DNA of 64,000 nt, from contig CAWBZI010000002.1 in NCBI GenBank assembly GCA_963793265.1, positions 1 to 64,000 of the forward strand. The letters run 5' to 3'. This document shows positions 56,275 to 64,000 of this stretch, in pieces. Each line of letters opens with the position of its first letter. The first letter of the stretch is position 1. Made by a program: the position numbers and the translations under genes. This DNA is from an uncultured cyanobacterium. GTDB lineage: Bacteria > Cyanobacteriota > Cyanobacteriia > Phormidesmidales > Phormidesmidaceae. The notes under the pieces were generated by a model. It saw only the letters and a list, made by a program, of their open reading frames with translations, did no database searches and was not told where the DNA came from.

Positions 56275-59055
56275 TCAAATTAGCCCTAGCTCTGCGGCTC
56301 GTTTCACCGCAGCCCGACGATTAGTAACATCGAGTTTGCTGTAAATGCGCTTGGTGTGGGTACGCACGGTACTCAGAGCGACGACCAGTTCACGGGCAAT
56401 CTCCGGGCCAGAAAGTTCGGTGTTGAGTAATTTCAGAACCTCCAGCTCTCGCTGGCTGAGGGGTTCGATCAGCGGTTGGGGCGTCGGCGCGTCGGGCGCT
56501 TTAGGCTGCTGTCCCCAGCTTTCTAATGCAGTTAACAGTCGCTGGGTGTAGGTGGGGGTGATGCCGCGAGTCATCGCCGCTTGCAGCAGTCGCACCATTG
56601 GATGTCCACATTCTGCAAAGATCCGAACATAGCCCTCCGGTTCGGCTAGGGTTAAGGCCCGTTCTATGGATGCGATGGCCGAAGGCTGGTCTTTGACCAT
56701 CGCATCTGGTAAATCCCCACAAGCTTCATAGGCCAGTGCCAGAACCACCAAAATTCTAATAATGCTGCCCGTGCGTTCCTTAGCTTCTGCGGCGGCTAGC
56801 AATCGAGTCAAAAGACCAATGACCCGATGGAGTCTCTCTTCTGGGCCACTTCTATCTAAATTACTTCTATACTGGGCGATCAAGACTCTGGCCAGGGTCA
56901 GGTGTTCATATTCACGTAAATAATCCGGCTCATCGTCTACCGACAAACCGCACCCTTGCATCCAGCCCAGCGCTTCGGTCAATCTTCCCTGCTGCAGCCA
57001 CCATCGCACCTTTAGCGCTTCAACTGGGCGCACGTTTGGAATCGGCGATCGCTGGCGCTTCAACTGTGCAGCCTTATGTAATTGTTCAAGGGCAATGTCT
57101 AAATTTCCTTGGGCCGCTGTTAACTGAGCCTTGACTAGCCACCAAAGATAATCAATTCCCGATACTGATCCCTGCGCTAGCAGGGCCTCACCTTTTTGAA
57201 GCAGTTGACTGGCAGTCGCTAAATCTCCCTGTTCGTAGCGAATTTCACTTAACCCCAAATACAGATCTGCTAGCCCCCGCAGAATCGGCTCAGGCTGTTC
57301 TGCCGCCATTTGTAGAGCCTGCTCACAGGTTTTAACCGTTGCCCGTAGCAATCCCTGAGCCATGCCAATGTTCACAAGACCTAACGTGGCACTCACGACA
57401 ATCTGAATACTGCCCAGCTTTTGAAAGATTTCCAATGCCTCGGCAAAGGATTGGTATGCCGTTGCGACATCGCCGCTAGTCCAGTAGGCTAAACCAAGAA
57501 ATCCTACGGACGCGCCCCGCTCATTATTATCGCCAGGCGGTAACAGCGCCAAGGCTTGCTCGGCGTAGGCGATCGCTCCGGTGAAATCGCCCCGTGCCTG
57601 AGCACAACAGGCACGGGCGTTAGCGATGGCAGCCGATAAAGATCGATACTGCTCTGTTTCTAGGATCGTAACAGGACTCTCGGCCTGGGCTAACGCTTGT
57701 TCGGCGTTCTGCAAGTGGAATTCAACCGCATCGAACTGACCTGTGTTCAATAGCGATAGTGCATAGACCACACTCAAGATGGGCCGAGCCCGAACTAGCG
57801 GATCGGGTAGCACCTTCAGCCAGCCCAGCACCGTGCGCTCCTGCTGGCGATCGCGCATGACAGGCCATACCTGTTCGATCAGACCGGCTGCCCGTTCAAA
57901 TGCTTTAGCCGCCAAGGCGTGACGAATCGCATCAGAGAACAACCCATTCTGTTCGTACCATTTACTGGCCTGTCCGTGCAGGCTAGGCATCTGGTCAGGC
58001 CATTCTTTTAGAGCATAGGCCTGAAGCACATCGGCAAACAGGTGATGATAACGGTACCACTGGCGCTTGTTGTCTAGTGGAATAATGAACAGATTACCCC
58101 GTTCCAGGGTTTCCAGCATGTCCTGACCGTCGTTTTGCCCAATAGTATCGTCACCACAAATAGCCTCACAGAGAGAAGCGCTCAAGCGATCTAAAATAGC
58201 AGTGCGCAACAAAAAGCGACGGACGCGCTTGGGCTGCCGCTGCAAGACTTCTTCTAGCAGGTAGTCCACAATGTAGCGATCGTCTCCCGAAAACGCCGCC
58301 ACAAAATCAGAGATGCTCTCGCGCCCCTGTAGAGATAATGCCGCTAGCTGTAGCCCTGCAATCCAGCCTTCGGTTCGCTGCTCTAGAGCAAGAACGTCTT
58401 TCGCCCTTATCTCTAATCCCATTCCTCGATTTAGAAAAGCAGCGGCTTCATCCGGCGTGAACCGCAGGTCGCTCGCTCTCAGCTCGGTCAACTCTCCGTG
58501 AGATCTTAAGCGCGCCAGAGCTAAGGGCGGGTCAGCGCGGCTAGATATAATCGGATGCACTTGGGGCGGCAAATGGCTGAGCAAAAAGCCGATGCCGTCA
58601 TGAATGGCCTGGGCTTCAATTACATGGTAGTCATCCAAGACCAAGGCAATATCTGCTTCAACGGCCGTCAGCTCGTGGAGCAACAACATCAAGATTGTCT
58701 CAATGTCAGGGGGCTGTGATGATTGTACTAACGAGAGCGATCGCGCACCAAGGCTGGGTTGACTGTTGTTTTGCAGTGCGGTGATTAGATAAGTCCAGAA
58801 AGTAGCCGGAGTGTTGTCACCCCGGTCTAAAGACACCCAGGCAGCGGCCCGTTTAGGAAAGGCTGCAAGCCATTCTGCTAGCAGCGTCGTTTTGCCAAAC
58901 CCCGCTGGGGCCGAGACGAGGGTTAATTTGCGCTGGGCCTGCATACGTTCGATGAGCCGTGGACGCGAGATTCGATCAGCAGACCATTTGGGGAGATAGA
59001 GCTTGGTCTCCAAGAGAGGAAGTTTTGAAGTAATTGGTTTCGCTGAGACGGTCAT
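56275..59055 (-). CDS. MalT-like STAND ATPase-LuxR regulator
   Basis: LLETKL..P, APAGFGKTT, LVLDDYH, RTEGW.AGL, TPR region and C-terminal LSQRELEVL HTH. Confidence 0.92.
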   Translation of the reverse strand: MTVSAKPITSKLPLLETKLYLPKWSADRISRPRLIERMQAQRKLTLVSAPAGFGKTTLLAEWLAAFPKRAAAWVSLDRGDNTPATFWTYLITALQNNSQPSLGARSLSLVQSSQPPDIETILMLLLHELTAVEADIALVLDDYHVIEAQAIHDGIGFLLSHLPPQVHPIISSRADPPLALARLRSHGELTELRASDLRFTPDEAAAFLNRGMGLEIRAKDVLALEQRTEGWIAGLQLAALSLQGRESISDFVAAFSGDDRYIVDYLLEEVLQRQPKRVRRFLLRTAILDRLSASLCEAICGDDTIGQNDGQDMLETLERGNLFIIPLDNKRQWYRYHHLFADVLQAYALKEWPDQMPSLHGQASKWYEQNGLFSDAIRHALAAKAFERAAGLIEQVWPVMRDRQQERTVLGWLKVLPDPLVRARPILSVVYALSLLNTGQFDAVEFHLQNAEQALAQAESPVTILETEQYRSLSAAIANARACCAQARGDFTGAIAYAEQALALLPPGDNNERGASVGFLGLAYWTSGDVATAYQSFAEALEIFQKLGSIQIVVSATLGLVNIGMAQGLLRATVKTCEQALQMAAEQPEPILRGLADLYLGLSEIRYEQGDLATASQLLQKGEALLAQGSVSGIDYLWWLVKAQLTAAQGNLDIALEQLHKAAQLKRQRSPIPNVRPVEALKVRWWLQQGRLTEALGWMQGCGLSVDDEPDYLREYEHLTLARVLIAQYRSNLDRSGPEERLHRVIGLLTRLLAAAEAKERTGSIIRILVVLALAYEACGDLPDAMVKDQPSAIASIERALTLAEPEGYVRIFAECGHPMVRLLQAAMTRGITPTYTQRLLTALESWGQQPKAPDAPTPQPLIEPLSQRELEVLKLLNTELSGPEIARELVVALSTVRTHTKRIYSKLDVTNRRAAVKRAAELGLI

Positions 59056-59494
59056 AGATACATTTTGAAGCTTTTTATGGCAGTGATGTCTATTTGTGAA
59101 AGCAAAAAGAGTCTAGAGAAGCCTGAGGGATGGTTGATCGACATCTAGTATCGGCTTTCGCCGCGTTGTACTTAAGACTTTGTTTCAATAATATATCTAG
59201 TCTCAAAAATAGTTGATTGGAGCAGAGTTCATGGGTGCATCACTGACGGGATTTCATACAGTTGAACAAGGCAAGCGAGGAGAGTCTCAACGTCGTTCAG
59301 GCGATCGCTACTTGTATGGTACGAGCGCTGCATCAAATCAGAAAAGTCTAGCGCCTGCGTTTGTCGGGTGAGTTCCTGTAGCCAGTCACCAACCATCACC
59401 GGCCCTTCAGCGTTATGAGCATCTTGCCAGCCCAAAGACTGATTACATTGGCACTCTCCGGCACTTCAGCCGCTTCCTCAAAAGCGACTTCTTA

Positions 59495-59737
59495 TATGAA
59501 ATCCGGTTAAATATGACCAGTTAAGCTACCGCATCCGACCACCAGTAGAAATGAGTTAGACCTTGAACAAAGCTAGGTCGGTCAATCAGGATACGGCAAC
59601 GATGAGCTAGCGTGTCTTCTACTTGATCAAGCGACTCAAAGCTCTGGTTGGCAATTGATTCGTTCGCAATTGGCCACAACCGTTCGGCGGGCTGTAGTTC
59701 AGGTGATTTTGGCGGCAAGAACAGGAAGTCGATTGAT
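59495..59737 (-). mobile_element. IS630-family 3' remnant
   Basis: FLPPKSPELQPAERLW...LTHFYWW, then a CCGGATTTCATATA end. Confidence 0.75.
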
Positions 59738-60415
59738 CTAATAGTGACCGCGTTCTACGACCTCTCTCGCGTGTCGGTAGCGATCGCCTAGTTCTTCTGT
59801 AGATAGGTGGTCTTCTGAGTCATCTAATATCAAAATGTTATCGCAGAGCCTTTCTAGCAAGGGCCAGTCGTGACTAATAACAACCAGGCCAACCTGCCGT
59901 TTCTTAACAAAGTCGAGCACGATTTGCCAGATTAGCGCTTGCGTATTGGCATCGAGCATGGCAGTCATTTCATCGGCAATGATGTACTTTGTGGCGGCAT
60001 TGAGAATGCGGGCGATCGCAACTCGCTGTAGTTCGCCGCCGCTTAGCTCGTGAGGGTAGCGATTCATCCAGTCAGAGTGAATGCCAAAAGCCTCTAGCTG
60101 CACTCGGCTCGGCGAGTAGCCCTCTTTCAAAATTTGACGAATGCGCCAGCGCGGATTCACCGCTAGTTCGGGATGCTGAAATAAAAGCTGCACTGGACAA
60201 TACCCCTTTTTAGGCAGCGATCGCCCATCTATGCTGACCGAGCCTTTACTGGCAGGCAAATAGCCCGCCAGCACCTTACCCAAAGTTGTCTTACCATAGC
60301 CAGAAGGTGCCATCAGGCCCAGAACTTCTCCAGGGGCGATCGCCAAACTTCTATTTTGAACAATCCAGGGGAGTTGCTTGCCATAGCGAAACCATAAGTT
60401 ATTACCCTTCAGCAT
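59738..60415 (-). CDS. Peptide/nickel ABC transporter ATP-binding protein
   Basis: APSGYGKTT, LSGGELQR, IIADE and SHD motifs. Confidence 0.9.
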   Translation of the reverse strand: MLKGNNLWFRYGKQLPWIVQNRSLAIAPGEVLGLMAPSGYGKTTLGKVLAGYLPASKGSVSIDGRSLPKKGYCPVQLLFQHPELAVNPRWRIRQILKEGYSPSRVQLEAFGIHSDWMNRYPHELSGGELQRVAIARILNAATKYIIADEMTAMLDANTQALIWQIVLDFVKKRQVGLVVISHDWPLLERLCDNILILDDSEDHLSTEELGDRYRHAREVVERGHY

Positions 60416-61379
60416 GAACGCACCTCACCCAGCCATCTCTTAGTTTTCTCAGTGCAGGTCTTTTTTCTGTACACAAATCGCTTACCCAGGCACAGCGATC
60501 GCTAAACAAGCAGCCCTGCGGTAGCTGTTCTGGACTGGGTTGATTTCCTGGTACAGGCACAAACTCATTTTGAGGCAGCGATCGCCAAAGTGCCTGGGTA
60601 TAAGGATGGCGCAAGTTTCCAGCGGAAAAGTCTTGTACCGCTGCAATTTCTACCGTCGTACCGGCATAAAATACCGCAACCCGATCGGCAACGCTTAAGG
60701 CAGCAGCGATGTCGTGCGTAATCAAGATTACACCGCGCCCTTCATCAGCAAGTTCTCTGAGATGAGCGAGCGTTTCTGCTACAACATCAGGATGGAGTCC
60801 AGGCGTGGGTTCGTCGGCAATGACTAATTGGGCAGGTGTCACGACGGCAGTTGAAACCAGCACTCGTCTGGCCATGCCGCCTGACAGCTGAAAAGGGTAG
60901 AGACCAGATGTTTTAGACGACAATCCATAGCGAGTAAATGTTCTTTCTGTCGTTACGCCTGCCTCTGTTTTTGTTTGACCTGCGAGCTGTGCGACTCTTT
61001 GAACCTGTGTCCCTACACTCATCAGCGGATCTAGATAGCCCACCGACTGCGGAATTAGGACAATGGATTTACCGCGTAGCGCTCTGCATCGGCCTGGCGT
61101 TAGCGGCTCTTTTTGAAAGTGCATAGTGCCGCATAGCGTCGCATTCTCGGGTAAAATGCCGAGCAGCGCATGGGCCAGAAGACTTTTTCCCGATCCGCTC
61201 GCGCCGACCACTGCCACAATTTCGCCAGCGGCCACATCTAAGTTTAAATCGGTGATGACCGCAAGCTGCTTGCGCCGCAGTCCCTGGTCATATTGCGTGA
61301 AGGTCACGCTAAGGTTACCAATAGAGAGCATGTTATCCCTGGCTGGTTTTAGGATTGAGGAGCGATCGCAAATTCTCAC
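60402..61379 (-). CDS. Peptide/nickel ABC transporter ATP-binding protein (OppD-like)
   Basis: GASGSGKS, LSGGM, ADEPT, HPYT and C-terminal Cys motif. The real start is probably MLSIGNL near 61331. Confidence 0.92.
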   Translation of the reverse strand: MRICDRSSILKPARDNMLSIGNLSVTFTQYDQGLRRKQLAVITDLNLDVAAGEIVAVVGASGSGKSLLAHALLGILPENATLCGTMHFQKEPLTPGRCRALRGKSIVLIPQSVGYLDPLMSVGTQVQRVAQLAGQTKTEAGVTTERTFTRYGLSSKTSGLYPFQLSGGMARRVLVSTAVVTPAQLVIADEPTPGLHPDVVAETLAHLRELADEGRGVILITHDIAAALSVADRVAVFYAGTTVEIAAVQDFSAGNLRHPYTQALWRSLPQNEFVPVPGNQPSPEQLPQGCLFSDRCAWVSDLCTEKRPALRKLRDGWVRCVHAEG

Positions 61380-62217
61380 CCACCCAGTCGAACGTCTTGA
61401 CCGATAGCAGCAACAACACCCCAGGCATCACGCCTAGCCACCAATAGCCGGTTGAGAGATGGCGCATCGATTCGGCCAGGATAATGCCAATGGCAGGCAA
61501 ATGAGGCGATAGGCCAATCCCAATAAAAGAGAGCGCCGCTTCGTGCAAAATAGCATGGGGAAACAACAGAATCAGACCCACCATGAGCTGAGGCAAGATA
61601 TGAGGCACCATATGATGGCGAGCAATCCAAATAGAAGACTTGCCCAATCGACGGGAGAGGTGAATGTAATCAGCGCTGTTTACCTGTAAGACTTCTGCGC
61701 GAATGACACGCGCTAAATTTGTCCAGTGGGTGAGCGCAACAGCTACAATCACACCTTTTGTTCCGCCGCCAACTGCAAACGCAATCAAGATCAGCAAAAC
61801 TAAGTGCGGCAGGCTAAAGAAGACATCTACAATCCAGATAATGACGGCATCTACCCAGCCGCCAAACGTGCCAGCTGCTAAGCCTAGACTGGTGCCAATG
61901 AGGGCGCTAATGCTGGCAGCTAGCAAGCCAACTCTGAGGCTGAGCGAGAGGCCGTAGAGCGATCGCACCAGCATATCGCGCCCCAACCAGTCTGTTCCAA
62001 AAGGATGGCTCCAGGTAGGCGGTTGATTGCGCTGCGTCAGCGCCGTACTGAGTCCTGCATCGCCCAAAAGCCAGGGACTTAGGCTGATAGCAAGAAGGAA
62101 AATTGTGCCTAAAACAATCGCCGCTAGCGTTCGCTGTCGCCTGCTGTTGGGTCGCTGATTCTGGTGTTTTTTCAGTTCGTCTAGCGTATTTGCACTCGCT
62201 TGGGTAGATAGCGTCAT
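61333..62217 (-). CDS. ABC transporter permease (OppC/DppC-like)
   Basis: HPFGTDWLGRD, ARVIRAEVL and EAALSF.G.G motifs. Confidence 0.92.
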   Translation of the reverse strand: MTLSTQASANTLDELKKHQNQRPNSRRQRTLAAIVLGTIFLLAISLSPWLLGDAGLSTALTQRNQPPTWSHPFGTDWLGRDMLVRSLYGLSLSLRVGLLAASISALIGTSLGLAAGTFGGWVDAVIIWIVDVFFSLPHLVLLILIAFAVGGGTKGVIVAVALTHWTNLARVIRAEVLQVNSADYIHLSRRLGKSSIWIARHHMVPHILPQLMVGLILLFPHAILHEAALSFIGIGLSPHLPAIGIILAESMRHLSTGYWWLGVMPGVLLLLSVKTFDWVGENLRSLLNPKTSQG

Positions 62218-63272
62218 ACGTTAATTCGACCTCCAAGCTGGTGGCTCAGACGAATACGCGGGTCAATCATCGGATAGGCCAAATCTGCAAGAGTGTTGCC
62301 GGTATAAACAAACAACGCGCTAAAGAAGACAATGCCCACCAGCAAGGGAATATCGCTGCGCAGCGCGGCTTGAACGGTCGCTTCGCCTAGTCCCGGATAG
62401 GCAAACACCTGCTCGACCAGTACCGAACCGCCAAAAAGCTCGCTCAAGGAGGCAAATTGAAGGGTAATTGCGGGCAAAAGAATATTGCGAAAGCCGTGAT
62501 AGCGAACAATGTTCCACAGGTTCTCTCCTTGCGCTAAGGCAAACAGCACGTAGTCGCTCTGGAGTACTTCAATTAGTTTTTGGCGAGTGTGCAGCGCGAT
62601 ATTGGCAATACCAATAATGCTGAGCGTTATTGCAGGTAAAAGCAGATGATGGAGATGCTGCCAGAAGGTGACGTCTTGAGATCGCACCCCCGGCGGCACC
62701 GCGCAGCAAATCGGAGCCACTTTCCAAGTAACTGCAAATACAATCAACAACAGCAGCGCCACCCAGAATGTAGGGGCAGACGCCAGCGTATAAGCATAGA
62801 GTCGAATCAATCGATCTATCCAACTGCCTGCCATAGCGCCTGCTAAAACACCTAGCGCTAAACCTAAAATGCCGGAGAGTAACCAGGCGATCGCCAGCAT
62901 TTGCAAAGATGCCTGAAACCGAGACACAATCACTTCACCTACTGGCCGATTAAACACTAACGACTGGCCTAAATTTCCCTGTAAAAGCTGACCTAGCCAG
63001 TCTACAAAACGACTCCACAGCGGCTGGTCGAGTCCCCAACGCTCAGCAATTAACACCTGCTGGTCGGCGCTAATTTGCATCATATCCGCGCCAATATACG
63101 CCTGCACCGGGTCGATTGGCGAAAAGCTCAGCAGTACGAAGGTGAAAATCGCAACCGCTACCAACAACAGTCCTAATCGCAGCAGTTTTTGCGCTATGAA
63201 TAACAACAGAGTGCTGAAGGATATCCTACTTACGCTTCTTAAGCATTCTCCTATGAGCATGTCCACTTCCAA
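62214..63272 (-). CDS. ABC transporter permease (OppB/DppB-like)
   Basis: GLDQP, GNLGQS, LPAITL, VEQVFAYPGLG and DPRIR motifs. Confidence 0.92.
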   Translation of the reverse strand: MEVDMLIGECLRSVSRISFSTLLLFIAQKLLRLGLLLVAVAIFTFVLLSFSPIDPVQAYIGADMMQISADQQVLIAERWGLDQPLWSRFVDWLGQLLQGNLGQSLVFNRPVGEVIVSRFQASLQMLAIAWLLSGILGLALGVLAGAMAGSWIDRLIRLYAYTLASAPTFWVALLLLIVFAVTWKVAPICCAVPPGVRSQDVTFWQHLHHLLLPAITLSIIGIANIALHTRQKLIEVLQSDYVLFALAQGENLWNIVRYHGFRNILLPAITLQFASLSELFGGSVLVEQVFAYPGLGEATVQAALRSDIPLLVGIVFFSALFVYTGNTLADLAYPMIDPRIRLSHQLGGRINV

Positions 63273-64000
63273 TCAGCAATATTTGCTGTGATGGGCCAAC
63301 CGTGACCGTGAGGTTCCACTTGAGACTGGCCGATATCCAGGCAATCATCTACAAAATAAGTGTGGTCTAAATTCACCAGCCAGGCCCAGGCCGCATCTCC
63401 TTTAGTCGTCACGCCTTGGGTGCCATCCCACTGAGCTGCCTTCCAGTAGGCGATCGCCTCTGCCTCTGAAGGTGCGCCCATCGCTAAGTCTAGCTTGCTG
63501 TCAATGGCTTGGTTTGCATAGTAACCTGCATTGTAATAATCACCTTGTGCCGCTTGAGAATGGTACAAGTTGTACATTTCCGTTTGGTCGTGACTGCCCC
63601 AGCCAAACACCACTACGCTGCTGTGCATCAGCGGCTCAATATCGTCCCAGCTTTTTCCTTCTACATTTGCCTGAATGCCAATAGGTTCTAACATTTCAGC
63701 GGTCGCTAGGGCTAGCGACTGTCGAATGCTATCGTCAGCTTTATAGAGAATCGTAAATTCAGCCTTTCGTCCATCTTTTTCAACAATCCCATCGCCGTTG
63801 CGGTCAGTCCATCCGCCCTCAGCTAAAATCTCTTTAGCTTTCTCAAGCTGAGCATCTTCAATACTGGCCTGAGGCTCTTCCCAAGCTAGGCCACTGACTG
63901 GCCCGTAGGCAGGCGAACCATAGCCTTCTAAAATGCCATCCACCAGTGCCTGACGATCGACCGCGTAGTTAATGGCCTGCCGAATGGCTAAATCGGCTGT
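63251..64000 (-). CDS. ABC transporter substrate-binding protein (family 5), 5'-partial
   Basis: AIRQAINYAVDR at the window edge, AKEILAEGGW.D..GDGI.EKDG. The frame is open to the window end. Confidence 0.9.
   Translation of the reverse strand, partial: TADLAIRQAINYAVDRQALVDGILEGYGSPAYGPVSGLAWEEPQASIEDAQLEKAKEILAEGGWTDRNGDGIVEKDGRKAEFTILYKADDSIRQSLALATAEMLEPIGIQANVEGKSWDDIEPLMHSSVVVFGWGSHDQTEMYNLYHSQAAQGDYYNAGYYANQAIDSKLDLAMGAPSEAEAIAYWKAAQWDGTQGVTTKGDAAWAWLVNLDHTYFVDDCLDIGQSQVEPHGHGWPITANIADWKWTCS

Larger units (their letters stand above)
1..64000. repeat. HIP1 octamer GCGATCGC dispersed throughout (cyanobacterial signature)
   Basis: GCGATCGC recurs dozens of times in coding and intergenic DNA, e.g. 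near 762, 1340, 1601, 3943, 26388, 30015 and 47356. Confidence 0.95.

Noticed and set aside
59229..59435. 68-aa ORF upstream of the MalT-like gene
   Set aside because: No recognisable motif or good start. It is probably a 3' relic cut by the adjacent IS630 fragment.
1..64000. rRNA, tRNA, cas, phage structural or known anti-phage defence genes
   Set aside because: None were recognised by eye, apart from the TA module. A covariance-model and defence-HMM scan would be needed to exclude them formally.

Overview
This is cyanobacterial DNA: the HIP1 octamer GCGATCGC is abundant throughout, and the gene and IS families are cyanobacterial. It reads as an accessory, IS-scarred region. From left to right: (1) 0-5.4 kb is a plasmid/ICE-like stretch with a partial relaxase, a DUF2442-like gene and a decayed prlF-yhaV toxin-antitoxin operon. 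The operon has a third, HicB-like gene that is split by an intact 1.7-kb Mutator/IS256-like IS with an 8-bp target duplication. (2) 5.5-22 kb mixes intact genes (SDR, AraC, TPR, persulfide dioxygenase-like, TmpA-like membrane oxidoreductase, SAM methyltransferase, S41 protease, response regulator) with many gene fragments. (3) 23-39.5 kb is the most striking block: four large, acidic, co-oriented phosphoester-hydrolase genes without signal peptides. They are a tandem atypical PhoA, a probable atypical alkaline phosphatase, a phosphatase/phytase-like/nuclease fusion, and a phytase-like/double-GDPD fusion. All end in the same RTX plus C-terminal secretion module, each has Pho-box-like 11-bp-period repeats upstream, and IS debris brackets the block. 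(4) 39.5-47.4 kb holds IS fragments, a putative L,D-transpeptidase-like enzyme and an inverse-autotransporter-like beta-helix protein. (5) 47.7-59 kb holds TetR, AraC and MalT-like regulators with small oxidoreductase, methyltransferase and membrane genes. (6) 59.7-64 kb is an Opp/Dpp/Nik-type ABC operon cut by the window edge. No rRNA, tRNA or CRISPR array was seen. All family calls come from recognising motifs by eye, not from database searches.
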